This document shows, piece by piece, positions 26,158-40,261 of a DNA stretch of 64,000 bases; position 1 is the first letter of the stretch, and each line of letters begins with the position of its first letter. This DNA comes from Eledone cirrhosa. Its lineage: Eukaryota. The stretch covers positions 352,470,001-352,534,000 of the forward strand of contig OZ024742.1 in assembly GCA_964016885.1 (NCBI GenBank). Reading direction: 5' to 3'. Position numbers and translations under genes: made by a program. Below the pieces are notes generated by a model. That model ran no database searches. It had not been told where the DNA came from and saw nothing but the letters and a program-made list of their open reading frames with translations.

Positions 26158-26990
26158 TTGCAAAAATTGATTCAAGACAAGGAAAGGAAAACCCATCAAA
26201 TCGATCTCAGATACTGACTGGGACTTCTTTCTATTTAACCAGAAATGATGAAATCCAAAGTTGACCTCCGCTGACCTGAACACAGAACTTACACAATTGT
26301 AACGATATACAATAATGTACTTTTAACGCGCTCTCCATAAAATGCCAGACCACCTCCATAATTCCATCCACAAAATGTAATACTGATGCGCATGACTTGT
26401 TGAGGTGATGTTTAATTCCATTGACTAAATATTTCACACTCATTTCATATCAATCCTACCCATGTCGATAAACAACTACGAAGTAAACCAACGTCTGAAA
26501 TAACCGATTGCACTTTACTGTTCAACAATTAATGAATATTCCTTATATAGTTACTGTTATATAAACAATCATCACGTAAAACTAGTGATATCCATTGTTG
26601 TCATGATAAGAAATCATATAAGTTCTTTCATTTGTGCGAAAGCAGGTCATTATAATCCTTTTTTTTCGAAATCTTGACAAATTAATGAAAATATAGATGA
26701 TTTAATCTCTATCAAATTCTAACACTCTACCATCTATTTACTGAGAGGAACAGACAAACATAACATTTAGGTGCTGATGTTAAAAGATTCCAGTAAGACG
26801 TATAATTATTTTTTAGCAGGTTATAATTGATGGAACGTTCGAAGATAGATTTAGAATGAGATAGAATTTTAGAGGAAATTTATAGATTTCATCAGAAATA
26901 TCCACCCACATGCAAATACCTACCGAACCATTTAGACATAAACATACCAACATATAAACGCACACACTCATACACGCACGCACAAATGTA

Positions 26991-27060
<70 letters not shown>

Positions 27061-27733
27061 AACACACTTATATGTCTCTCTAATTATTCATCTATCTGTA
27101 CATCCGACATCTCTCTCAATTTTTCTTCCCCTTTTTTATTTTCATTTCCTGCATTATTATTAATATCGCTATTTGTACAAATATGCAACTTAACATATTC
27201 TTCATATCCGCAATTAACAATGCATATAAAGCTGAAACCGGTATTTTAAATACATAACATTTTTGATATCTCACTGATAAAAACATCTTCAACATTTTCT
27301 ACCGAAATATTCTTTTTCCTTTGTACTATTTGGTTTTATACTACACACATACGCGCGTAAACACACAAACACACACACACAGATGTATATATATATATAT
27401 ATATACTCGTATATATTTGTGTAATTATTTTCTGTTAAAATGTCCGCAGCGATTAATTAACATATATATAAATGAAACATAATTAAAGAACTATTTTCCA
27501 ACCAGATTGCTTATTTTGACATATTTATTGTAGGGGAAACAGGATTCTCTATCTCTCAGTTTTAATAATTCCAGTTTCAATAACGTCTGTGTTTATCTAT
27601 ACATGGCAATACATATAGGGAAATTGGGTGCATTTAATGAATTCTACTATCTTCGCACAGTTATATAATATGAAATTATTTTATGTCACAATATAAATGT
27701 TGCCGCAAACTTTTATGGGCATAGTTATATCGT

Positions 27734-27900
<167 letters not shown>

Positions 27901-28014
27901 GCCGGGCAGGCTCGGGTAATAAGAACTAATGGGTGGATAAGCGAGCTGGAACTGGAGGAACTGAGCAGAGAGAATGGCTTGGAGATGGCGGGTGTAGTAT
28001 GCCAGTTATATCGT

Positions 28015-28143
28015 GAAGAAGAAGAAGAAGAAGAAGAAGAAGAAGAAGAAGAAGAAGAAGAAGAAGAAGAAGAAGAAGAAGAAGAAGAAGAAGAAGAAGA
28101 AGAAGAAGAAGAAGAAGAAGAAGAAGAAGAAGAAGAAGAATAA
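28015..28143. repeat. (GAA)42(TAA)1 microsatellite
   Basis: Direct count. Confidence 0.95.
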
Positions 28144-31100
28144 TGGCCGGGCAGGCTCGGGTAATAAGAACTAATGGGTGGATAAGCGAGCTGGAACTGG
28201 AGGAACTGAGCAGAGAGAATGGCTTGGAGATGGCGGGTGTAGTATGCCAGACAAGCGAGCCGGCGGGAAATGAAGGTGAGGAGGTCCTGAGAGCGGACGA
28301 ACCACCCGAAGCAGACAATGATCTGAATACTGAGAAAAATAATACCTGGAACAGAGATACGGCCACTGAGGAGATGAATGCTGACGGGCTAGGACAAGAT
28401 TCGGTTGACATCCTAAATTTAGTGGTAGATGAGTTGAACAATGATAGTGGGAGACCTATGAACCTAAGATTTGTAGACAGGAAAAAGTTAAAAGAAACAA
28501 CAGCTAAGGTAAACAAAGTCATCCCATACCTTGAGGCGAGGAGTCTTCACCAGTGCAACAATATCCTCAAAGCAACAGCAAATACGGTGAGGAAACTACT
28601 TGGTATAAAAGCGAGAGGAAACAACAGACAAGAAAGAGCAGAGCCGTGGTGGAAGAAGCGACTGAGTGGGCAAATCGGGGAAATGAGAAATGACATAGGA
28701 AAGCTTGAGTCACTACTGAATGGGACACTAAAAAACATAGGCACTAAAAATAGACTGGAAATAAAATACAAAACTAGGAGTAAAAAGCTAAATATTATCA
28801 TAGAGGAATTGAAGCAACGCATTGTAGCAAAGAGTGCCAAAATCAGGCGATACGAGAACAGAGTCAGTCAGTATAAACAGAACCGCATGTTCGACAACAA
28901 CCAGAAGATGCTGTTTGGACAGCTTGAGGGGAAAGAAAGAGGCACCGACTTGATCCCTGGGGCGGAACAAGCTAAAACATTCTGGAGAGGAATATGGGAG
29001 CAGGATGTTAGACACAATGCCCAGGCAGGGTGGATTGAGACAGTACAGAGGGAGATCGGTGAGCAGGCACAGCAACAGACTGATTTGAGTATCACAGTTG
29101 AAACTCTTAAGGGGCAAGCCAAAAAACTAACCAACTGGAAATCACCAGGCCCAGATGGTGTGCAGGGGTATTGGATTAAACATTTAACATCCCTCCACCC
29201 GAAGCTGACGGCCATGTTCAATGACTGCTTGGTGTCGGGTGAGGTGCCAGAGTGGTTGACAAAAGGTACCACAGTTCTGATAATGAAAGACCGAATCAAG
29301 GGTAATGATGTTACCAACTATAGACCTATCACATGTCTGCCCGTAATGTGGAAACTGTTGACGAGCATTGTGTCTGAGGAAATCTACCATCACCTCCACA
29401 CAAACAACTTGTTGCCGGACGAACAGAAAGGATGCCGAAAGAAGTCACGTGGTACAAAGGACCAGTTGCTTATTGATAAGATGGTAATGGGGAATTGCAG
29501 GAGGAGACACACTGATCTTGCCATGGGATGGATAGACTACAGAAAGGCATTTGACATGGTGATCATTCCTGGATCACCAAAAGCCTGGAGATCTTCAGGG
29601 TGGCAGATAACATCAGACATGTGCAGGGCAGGTGTATGGGGTCCTGGGAGACAGAGTTGACATCAACTGGAGTATCCTTGGGAAGCGTGAAGATCAAGAG
29701 AGGTATCTTCCAGGGAGATAGCCTGTCCCCTCTGTTGTTTGTCCTTGCCCTGATGCCCTTGACCATTATGCTGCGAAAAGTGAGAGCAGGATACAAGTTG
29801 GGAAGGGGAGAGCTTACCATCAATCACCTCCTCTTCATGGACGATCTTAAGCTCTTCGGGAAAAGTGAGAAGGAGTTGGATGTGCTTGTTGACACTGTCC
29901 GTATTTTCAGCAGTGATATATGTATGCAGTTTGGTATTGGTAAATGTAGAGCCATTGTGATGAGGAGGGGTAGGTTGAGCAGAAGTAACGGGATCCAGAT
30001 ACCAACAGGTGAGATGATAAAGGAAATTGACTCTGAGGAAGGATACAAGTATTTGGGCGTTCTGGAGGCTGATGGCATAAAGAACAAAAAAATGAAGGAA
30101 TTGTTAAGAACTGAATACATTCGGAGAGTAAGGAGCGTATTGAAGTCACATCTGAACAGCAGAAATGCCATAAGCGCAGTAAATTCCCGAGCTGTGTCTA
30201 TTATTAGGTACAGTGCGGGAATTCTGAGATGGAATGTTGCTGAACAAAAAGAAATGGATAGGAAGACTAGGAAGCTATTGACTATCTACAACATGTTCCA
30301 CAAGAGGAGTGATGTCGATAGACTCTACCTAAGGAGATCTGAGGGTGGAAGAGGTCTTATCAGCATAGAGGACTGTGTTCAGATGGAGAAAAACAACCTA
30401 TACAAATACGTGACCTATAGTAAGGAGCCAATGCTCAGAGGACAGTAGGCCAGGGGATACCCAAGGAGGAAATAACATCAAGGAGGAAGAGCAGCCTTAA
30501 GGGAAAATCCCTTCATAGTACCTTCTTTGAGAAAACTGAATTTAGAGATCCACAGACATGGAACTGGTTGAGAAGAGGAGACCTCAAAAAGGCTACAGAA
30601 GGAATGCTAATGGCTGCGCAAGAGCAGGCCCTCAAAACGAAGTGGTTGAAGCACCATATCTACAAGGAGGAGGCTAGCCCACTGTGCAGGATCTGTGGAG
30701 AGAGAGAGGAGACTGTGGCTCACATTGTGTCCGAGTGTAAACACCTAGCCCAGACCCACTATAAGGGCTGGAGACACGATGTGATGGGCAGGGTGATCCA
30801 CTGGCACCTGTGCAAAGTAAACAATCTACCACATTCTGAGAAATGGTATGAGCATAGGCCAGAGGCGGTGATGGAGAACAGTCAGGTGAAGGTGCTGTGG
30901 GATTTTGGGATACAGACGGACAAAAAACTGGAACACAATAGACCTGACCTGGTGGTTGTGGACAAAGAAAAAAGATCGTGCCTGATTGTGGATGTGGCCT
31001 GCCCGTTCGACACGAGAGTGCAAGAGAAGGAGAGGGAGAAAATTAACCGATACCAGGACCTAAAGTGGGAGGTGAAAAGGATTTGGAACTGCCATGAAGT

Positions 31101-31343
31101 CAAAGTGATCCCGATTGTCATAGGCGCACTGGGGACTATCTCCAAAGGTTTCCAGGGATGGTTAAAGAAAATCGGCCCCTTCACGCTTTTTGGAACGCTT
31201 CAAAAGGCATGCTTGCTTGGAACGGCAAGAACCCTCCGATACGTCCTGAATATCTGAGGCTGCAGGTAGTGGCTTGATATTCAATCCAACGGACTTTCCA
31301 GTTAACCAACATCAATGACTGAGATTCAAGGAATAACAATAAC

Positions 31344-31384
<41 letters not shown>

Positions 31385-31398
31385 TAATAATAATAACA
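28143..31398 (+). mobile_element. R4/Dong family B copy 2, 5'-truncated, frameshifted
   Basis: ORFs 28143-29660, 29600-30448 and 30568-31257; -1 frameshift near 29560, 16-nt deletion near 30438; (TAA)n tail. Confidence 0.95.
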
Positions 31399-31675
31399 AA
31401 GAGGAAGGCATCAAAATATATAGATAGACTCAAAAGAAAAAAGAAAAAACAAACAACAAAACCAAAGCAGCACAGCAACAACAGCAAAAAACGAGAAAAA
31501 CAAACAGAGAAAAACAAAAACAAAAAAAGAAACCCCAAAAACGTAAAGAAAATAAGAATGAAGAGAGAAGCAGGCGGACGGACAGAGAAGAGGGGGGAAA
31601 AAGTAAAACTTAAAAAACAAAAACTAAGTCAGACATTCGAATACTACATTACAATGAAACTTATGCTTATTCATT

Positions 31676-34600
31676 TTTGGGGCCCTTTCTGCCCGTGTGT
31701 TTGTTTGTTTATGTGTGTTCGTATACAGCGTGGTGATAATGCCACACAAGGGCCAAGTGGGATGGCGGATCCACAGATGGCTATGTAAACATACATTCGC
31801 CAATCCTCGATAAGAGTGTTTAAATATCGAACATAAACAGTTCGAATAACGGTGAAATGGAGACTAGAACGTCATGTGACAGACTCTCACCCAACAGGTG
31901 CCCCCTGGCTCAGCAGCAGGAACCTGACTGTCAACCAAATACTGCTGATGTTGGAGGAAGAAGAAGAAGGAAAGGGGCCAGAACCAACTGGACGAAAGAA
32001 TTGAATAGAACTGTTATGCAATGCTACCTGAAAAGTAACCCCAAGGAGAGGGGCTACAGGAGACGGATGCATAACATCTGGAACGAGATTGGTTTATTTA
32101 AATTAGATGAACAAAAATTGGCCGGGCAGGCTCGGGTAATAAGAACTAATGGATGGATGAGCGAGCTGGAACAGGAGGAACTGAGCAGAGAGAATGGCTT
32201 GGAGATGGCGGGTGTAGTATGCCAGACAAGCGAGCCGGTGGGAAATGAAGGGGAGGAGGTCCTGAGAACGGAGGAACCACCCGAAGCAGACAATGATCTG
32301 AATACTGAGATAAATAATACCTGGAACAGAGATACGGCCACTGAGGAGATGAATGCTGACGGGCTAGGACAAGATTCGGTTGACATCCTAAATCTAGTGG
32401 TAGATGAAATGAACAATGATAGTGGGAGACCTATGAACCTAAGATTTGTAGACAGGAAAAAGTTAAAAGAAACAACAGCTAAGGTAAACAAAGTCATCCC
32501 ATACCTTGAGGCGAGGAGTCTTCACCAGTGCAACAATATCCTCAAAGCAACAGCAAATACGGTGAGGAAACAACTTGGTATAAAAGCGAGAGGAAACAAC
32601 AGACAAGAAAGAGCAGAGCCGTGGTGGAAGAAGCGACTGAGTGGGCAAATCGGGGAAATGAGAAATGACATAGGAAAGCTTGAGTCACTACTGAATGGGA
32701 CACTAAAAAACATAGGCACTAAAAATAGACTGGAAATAAAATACAAAACTAGGAGTAAAAAGCTAAATATTATCATAGAGGAATTGAAGCAACGCATTGT
32801 AGCAAAGAGTGCCAAAATCAGGCGATACGAGAACAGAGTCAGTCAGTATAAACAGAACCGCATGTTCGACAACAACCAGAAGATGCTGTTTGGACAGCTT
32901 GAGGGGAAAGAAAGAGGCAACGACTGGGGCGGAACAACCTAAAACATTCTGGAGAGGAATATGGGAGCAGGATGTTAGACACAATGCCCAGGCAGGGTGG
33001 ATTGAGACAGTGCAGAGGGAGATCGGTGAGAAGGCACAACAACAGACTGATTTGAGTATCACAGTTGAAACTCTTAAGGGGCAAGCCAAAAAACTAACCA
33101 ACTGGAAATCACCAGGCCCAGATGGTGTGCAGGGGTATTGGATTAAACATTTAACATCCCTCCACCCGAAGCTGACGGCCATGTTCAATGACTGCTTGGT
33201 GTCGGGTGAGGTGCCAGAGTGGTTGACAAAAGGTACCACAGTTCTGATAATGAAAGACCGAATCAAGGGTAATGATGTTACCAACTATAGACCTATCACA
33301 TGTCTGCCCGTAATGTGGAAACTGTTGACGAGCATTGTGTCTGAGGAAATCTACCATCACCTCCACACAAACAACTTGTTACCGGACGAACAGAAAGGAT
33401 GCCGAAAGAAGTCACGTGGTACAAAGGACCAGTTGCTTATTGATAAGATGGTAATGGGGAATTGCAGGAGGAGACACACTGATCTTGCCATGGGATGGAT
33501 AGACTACAGAAAGGCATTTGACATGGTGCCTCATTCCTGGATCACCAAAAGCCTGGAGGTCTTCAGGGTGGCAGATAACATCAGACAGTTGCTGGGCAGG
33601 AGTATGGGGTCCTGGGAGACAGAGTTGACATCAACTGGAGTATCCTTGGGAAGCGTGAAGATCAAGAGAGGTATCTTCCAGGGAGATAGCCTGTCCCCTC
33701 TGTTGTTTGTCCTTGCCCTGATGCCCTTGACCATTATGCTGCGAAAAGTGAGAGCAGGATACAAGTTGGGAAGGGGAGAGCTTACCATCAATCACCTCCT
33801 CTTCATGGACGATCTTAAGCTCTTCGGGAAAAGTGAGAAGGAGTTGGATGTGCTTGTTGACACTGTCCGTATTTTCAGCAGTGATATATGTATGCAGTTT
33901 GGTATTGGTAAATGTGGAGTCATTGTGATGAAGAGGGGTAGGTTGAGCAGAAGTAACGGGATCCAGATACCAACAGGTGAGATGATAAAGGAAATTGACT
34001 CTGAGGAAGGATACAAGTATTTGGGCGTTCTGGAGGCTGATGGCATAAAGAACAAAAAAATGAAGGAATTGTTAAGAACTGAATACATTCGGAGAGTAAG
34101 GAGCGTATTGAAGTCACATCTGAACAGCAGAAATGCCATAAGCGCAGTAAATTCCCGAGCTGTGTCTATTATTAGGTACAGTGCGGGAATTCTGAGATGG
34201 AATGTTGCTGAACAAAAAGAAATGGATAGGAAGACTAGGAAGCTATTGACTATCTACAACATGTTCCACAGGAGGAGTGATGTCGATAGACTCTACCTAA
34301 GGAGATCTGAGGGTGGAAGAGGTCTTATCAGCATAGAGGACTGTGTTCAGATGGAGAAAAACAACCTATACAAATACGTGACCTATAGTAAGGAGCCAAT
34401 GCTCAGAACTGTACTGAAGGAGGGGACAGTAGGCCGGGGATGTCCAAGGAGGAAATAACATCAAGGAGGAAGAGCAGCCTTAAGGGAAAATCCCTTCATA
34501 GTACCTTCTTTGAGAAAACTGAATTTAGAGATCCACAGACATGGAACTGGTTGAGAAGAGGAGACCTCAAAAAGGCTACAGAAGGAATGCTAATGGCTGC

Positions 34601-35313
34601 GCAGGAGCAGGCCCTCAAAACGAAGTGGTTGAAGCACCATATCTACAAGGAGGAGGCTAGCCCACTGTGCAGGATCTGTGGAGAGAGAGAGGAGACTGTG
34701 GCTCACATTGTGTCCGAGTGTAAACACCTAGCCCAGACCCACTATAAGGGCTGGAGACACGATGTGATGGGCAGGGTGATCCACTGGCACCTGTGCAAAG
34801 TAAACAATCTACCACATTCTGAGAAATGGTATGAGCATAGGCCAGAGGCGGTGATGGAGAACAGTCAGGTGAAGGTGCTGTGGGATTTTAGGATACAGAC
34901 GGACAAAAAACTGGAACACAATAGACCTGACCTGGTGGTTATGGACAAAGAAAAAAGATCGTGCCTGATTGTGGATGTGGCCTGACCGTTCGACACGAGA
35001 GTGCAAGAGAAGGAGAGGGAGAAAATTAACCGATACCAGGACCTAAAGTGGGAGGTGAAAAGGATTTGGAACTGCCATGAAGTCAAAGTGATCCCGATTG
35101 TCATAGGCGCACTGGGGACTATCTCCAAAGGTTTTCAGGGATGGTTAAAGAAAATCGGCCCCTTCACGCTTTTTGGAACGCTTCAAAAGGCATGCTTGCT
35201 TGGAACAGCAAGAACCCTCCGATACGTCCTGAATATCTGAGGCTGCAGGTAGTGGCTTGATATTCAATCCAACGGACTTTCCAGTTAACCAACATCAATG
35301 ACTGAGATTCAAG

Positions 35314-35375
<62 letters not shown>
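31676..35375 (+). mobile_element. R4/Dong family B copy 3, full-length ORF region 31857-35240, disrupted
   Basis: METRTS start; 8-nt deletion near 32925, -1 frameshift near 34435, TGC>TGA at 34983; (TAA)n tail. The 5' end may extend back to ~31399. Confidence 0.92.
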
Positions 35376-35376
<1 letters not shown>

Positions 35377-37919
35377 GGCGCTTTGAAAAACGATCTAGAT
35401 TCTATAAGGACAATAATATGTTCAAAAACAACCAAAGAAACTTCTACAGAAAAATTGGTAAGTCAACAATAACTGCTAAATCAATACCACCCAAGGAGGA
35501 AGTGCAAGAATTCTGGGAAAAGATCTGGGCCGAAGAAAAAGTTCATAACATACATGCCCCATGGATAGACAGACAAATGAAAGAAACAGCTCACCTTGAA
35601 GAACAAACATGGGAAAATATAACAGTTGAACAGCTGCGCTTGGCTCTAAGAAAAACCAGCAAATGGAAATCCCCAGGAAAAGACAAAATACAAAACTTTT
35701 GGATAAATGCCTTCACAGAGTCTCATGAGCTGTTGGCCCAACTTTACAATGAAATAGTTAAGGAGCCAGAAAAGATACCATCATGGCTAGTTAACGGCAT
35801 TACATTCCTGCTACCGAAGAATGATGAGACAAACAATCCCAAAAATTACAGACCGATAACCTGCTTGACCACAATGTATAAAATTTTAACATCAGTCCTA
35901 ACTGAATACACATATGACCACCTGATAACAAATGACCTATTTCCCATTGAGCAGAAAGGGTGTAAACGAGGCTCATATGGCTGTAAGGATCAGCTTCTGG
36001 TTAACAAAATGATACTGGAAGATTGTCATAATAGACACAAAAATCTATCGATTGCTTGGATAGATTATAAAAAAGCATTTGATAGTTTGCCACACAGTTG
36101 GATTGAAAAATGTTTAGAGATTTTCAAAATATCCCCCGTTGTCAGGAGGTTTTTGTCATTCAGTATGAGGACATGGAGAACGACACTCCTTTTGAATAGT
36201 GAAACAAAATCACTGGAAGCTGGAGAAGTTAACATTAATTGTGGAATTTTTCAGGGTGACTCTTTATCACCGCTTTTATTCTGCATCGCACTTATACCAT
36301 TAAGTAAAATGCTCAATGAAACAAAACATGGATATAGAGTCTATGACAAAACCATTAATCACCTGTTCTACATGGATGACCTGAAACTATTCGCAAAAAA
36401 TGATGAACAATTGCAAGGGCTATTATCCACTGTGAAGCAGTTCAGTGATGACATTAAAATGGAGTTTGGACTGGATAAATGCGCCAAAGCAACGTTCACC
36501 AGAGGAAAGCTGCTGAAGAGTTCAGACATTAATCTTGATCGGGGGAACGTGATAAGAGAGCTTGATCAAGAACAAACTTACAAATATCTAGGTGTTTGTG
36601 AAGGAGACGGAATCAAGCACTCGACAATGAGGGAAAGGATAAGGAAGGAATGTTACCGCAGAGTCAGAGCAATCTTAAGAACGGAATTGAATGCAAGGAA
36701 TAGGATCGATGCCATAAACACGCTTGCCATACCAGTAGTAACCTACAGTTACAATGTCATCAACTGGTCAAGCACAGAGATCCGTAGGCTCGATACAAAA
36801 ATCCGAAAATTCTTAACCATGCACAGAATGCATCACCCTAAGGCAGACATAGATAGAATATATCTCCCTAGGAAAGAAGGAGGACGTGGGTTAATCCAGT
36901 TAGACATTGCGTTGAAAACTGCAACAATTGGATTATCCACATATCTAAGGGAATCACATGATTGGATGATCAAACTCGTTTTGAAACACGAAAGCACCAA
37001 AAGATCATATTCCATTACAAAAGATGCACAAAGATACAGTAATGGACTACAAATTTCAGAAGTCCCATTTACTGCTGAAATGGAAAACACAGAAAAAGCA
37101 AAGCAGGTAAAAGTAACTGCAAAGAAAGAACTGCTACAGAAACTGGCTAAGAAATGGCAAGAAAAGCCTCTGTATGGAAAATACCCAGAGCGAGCTAACA
37201 ATCCTGATGTTGACAAAACTTTAACCCATCAGTGGTTGGCATCCTCTGGACTGAAATCGGAGACTGAAGGACTGATTATCTCCGCACAAGATCAGTGTCT
37301 GCCAACAAAAAATTACCAAGCCAACATAATAAAAAATGGGTGCAGCCCATTATGCCGTGTATGCAAAAAACAACCAGAGACCATTGACCATATAATTTCA
37401 ATGTGCAGTCCTATAGCTCCAACCGAATACCTAAACAGGCATGACAGAGCTGCACAATACATACATTGGATAATGTGTAAGCATTTTGACCTGCCCCATC
37501 AAAAGAATTGGTGGGAGCATCAACCACTTCCCATACTTGAAAAAGATCACATCTCAATCTTGTGGAACTTTAGCATCCAAACAGACCGAAAAATAGATGC
37601 AAATAGACCTGATATAATATTGAAGGACTTTCAAAGGAGGGTATGCCTGCTAATTGATATGTCTGTTCCAATAGACAAGAATGTATCTATAAAAACATTT
37701 GAAAAATTGAGCAAGTATAAGGACCTGGAGATAGAAATTGGAAAAATGTGGAAATTGAGAACTAAAACAATACCAGTGGTTGTAGGCGCTCTGGGAATGA
37801 TACCTAAGGGGTCTAACGACTACTTATCGCAAATCCCAGGAAACCCGCGTATAGGAGAAATACAAAAGATAGTACTAATGGGAACTGCCCATATACTAAG
37901 GAAGATCCTGTCAATATAA
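35298..37919 (+). CDS. Open 873-aa frame: family B 3'UTR ATG + poly-Ile (ATA)n + intact Dong-A RT/CCHC/RLE
   Basis: NYRPITCL, GIFQGDSLSPLLF, YMDD, CRVC-X7-H-X4-C, RPDII...D...EK..KY; no internal stops. Confidence 0.75.
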
Positions 37920-38079
37920 GTACATCACAAGTCTAAACACTAAGGATGCATGTGTGAATATGTGTGTTCTTTCTTGAACATGGCGGACCTTGTTGTCTCT
38001 TGAGGTCACTGGTTGTGACTTGGTGATAACTCGTATAAACATAAAGCAAGATAAATGCAAATAATAATAATAATAATAA
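35373..38079 (+). mobile_element. R4/Dong family A copy 2, 5'-truncated
   Basis: Matches 2748-3617 and 3634-4250; tail (TAA)6 followed by (GAA)n. Confidence 0.95.
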
Positions 38080-39406
38080 GAAGAAGAAGAAGAAGAAGAA
38101 GAAATGTATCATATTAAACCTTCCAACCAGTGGGGCAGCATATATGTCTACCTCATCCCATTATTAAATGAATTCTTATGTAAATCAGAAAACCCTTTTA
38201 AAATGTTGACCTATTTGTTTGAGGTGTCAATCCGGTTCATATGAAATAATAGAGAAATTAAAGTAATTGTTCCTTTAATATTGATGCATTTTTGATTATA
38301 AACGTTTGCCCTGCAAATGGACAACATTTTGTTTCAGTGTCGACAGCCATATATTGGATGTTTCATAGGTAAACAATAAACTCATAGCGGAGCTGAATGC
38401 TTCGTTAAAAGTGAGCAACATCAAGTAAGATTAAATAACATTTGTAGAAACAGGAACATGAATTGAAATCCCCATACGATACATGGATAGTAGATATTAT
38501 ATTTTACATACAATAAAGGCATGCAGTAAAACAATAATAATTGCACCATTAACGACAGACTTCATGTGAATAAGACCCAGAGGAATATTATAGAAGAGCA
38601 CATCATTTCTATCATTCGATCTATCTCGATCTCTATCTCAATATAATCAAAATATGTAATATTACATTACATAATTCCTACTTACAGTCATGTGAAAATG
38701 ACTTGAATTAATACAGAATAAAACACAATACCTATCTACATATTGAAGATGTTTTCGTACGTGTTTATTTGAAATTCTATATCAGACTAAAATATTTCTC
38801 CTTCGTTCTCACTCACTCATAATTTTTCATCTTTTTTCCTATTATACCTACATAAAATATCATGAATAATTAAATAATTCGTATGAAACATTTCCATAAA
38901 TGTTCTCAATATTATTCATATGTAATATCCCATCACCTATTCCATTGTATTTTAGGACACACTGTAGGCTATTTATTCCCCAACATATTAAGAAATGAAT
39001 AGGGTTCACAAACACACACATACACATATATACATAAATAGATACACATACAGAGGCACACACACAGATATATATAGGTGATTTTTGTATGTGTGTGTCT
39101 CTGTGTGGGGTGTGAGAGATGGTGTGTGTGTGTCTGTGTGTGTACATGTGTGAATATATGTACGGGTTTATGTAATTCAGTATGTGTGTCTGTGTATGAC
39201 TGGGCTTCTTTACGTAAACAGAAAAAATACAGAAATGTAAATCATTGAAATGAATTTAAATTTTATATCGACACAATTTTAATATTTCTAGATGTATGCA
39301 GACATATTTGTTTTTCTATGCCCATTCACCTGGACAAATCTATGCATGTGTGTATACCTGTATGTATGTTTAAATGTATGTGCGAGTTCATATATATATA
39401 TGTATA

Positions 39407-39453
<47 letters not shown>

Positions 39454-39459
39454 ATACGT

Positions 39460-39501
<42 letters not shown>

Positions 39502-39502
39502 T

Positions 39503-39624
39503 ATTATGCTTTGGGAGGGTCATGTTGCCAATATTGGCAAGATGACCCTCCTAAATCATAACGATATCGGTTTCAACACACGTTTTCAGATAAAGAATCT
39601 TGCTAAACAAATTCAGAAACGAAA

Positions 39625-39674
<50 letters not shown>

Positions 39675-39745
39675 GGAAAACAAATTCAAAAGGTAACTGG
39701 TTTCTTTTAAGAATATATATTTATTCACTTTACCGGTTTCACAGT
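39503..39745. mobile_element. Small fold-back and pLTR-like fragments in (TA)n
   Basis: Palindrome ggagggtcatgttgccaa-ta-ttggcaagatgaccctcc (arm repeated near 49149); taccggtttc motif at 39731. Confidence 0.5.
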
Positions 39746-39802
39746 ACACACACACGTACGCACACGCACACACACACACACGCACACACAAACACACACA
39801 CA

Positions 39803-39843
<41 letters not shown>

Positions 39844-39974
39844 GTGAGGTTTTTTTTACAAAATGAAAAATAACCGAGGTGTCCTACACGAGTGGAAGTA
39901 TAAAGAAAAAGGGATGAAATCGAAAATGCAACTGAAGTCTTATTTTTTTTAAAAATATATATATTTATTTGGTT

Positions 39975-40012
39975 CCTTTACCGGTTTCGCAGTTCTTCTG
40001 CTTTTCAAAAGG
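39975..40012 (-). ncRNA. Type I minimal hammerhead ribozyme (U3-A8 core)
   Basis: Mirror copy of 40088-40125. Confidence 0.8.
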
Positions 40013-40087
40013 TGAGTTGAGATGGAGGGTCTGTGGTTTTTCTCACATCTGATGTGAGAAAAACCACAGACCCTCCATCTCAACTCA

Positions 40088-40125
40088 CCTTTTGAAAAGC
40101 AGAAGAACTGCGAAACCGGTAAAGG
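40088..40125 (+). ncRNA. Type I minimal hammerhead ribozyme (U3-A8 core)
   Basis: CCTT-TTGAAAA-GCAG aagaa CTGC-GAAA-CCGG-TA-AAGG. Confidence 0.8.
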
Positions 40126-40194
40126 AACCAAATAAATATATATATTTTAAAAAAAAATAAGACTTCAGTTGCATTTTCGATTTCATCCCTTTTT

Positions 40195-40261
<67 letters not shown>

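Larger units (their letters stand above)
39839..40201. mobile_element. Near-perfect ~300-bp palindrome (centre 40050) in (TA)n, Penelope pLTR-like
   Basis: Arms 39899-40049 and 40051-40201 differ at about one position; each arm carries a hammerhead. Confidence 0.9.

Noticed and set aside
39560-39600. Hammerhead-like CTGAAAA...GAAACCGATA on the minus strand
   Set aside because: C3 with A8 cannot pair, and stems I and II are weak
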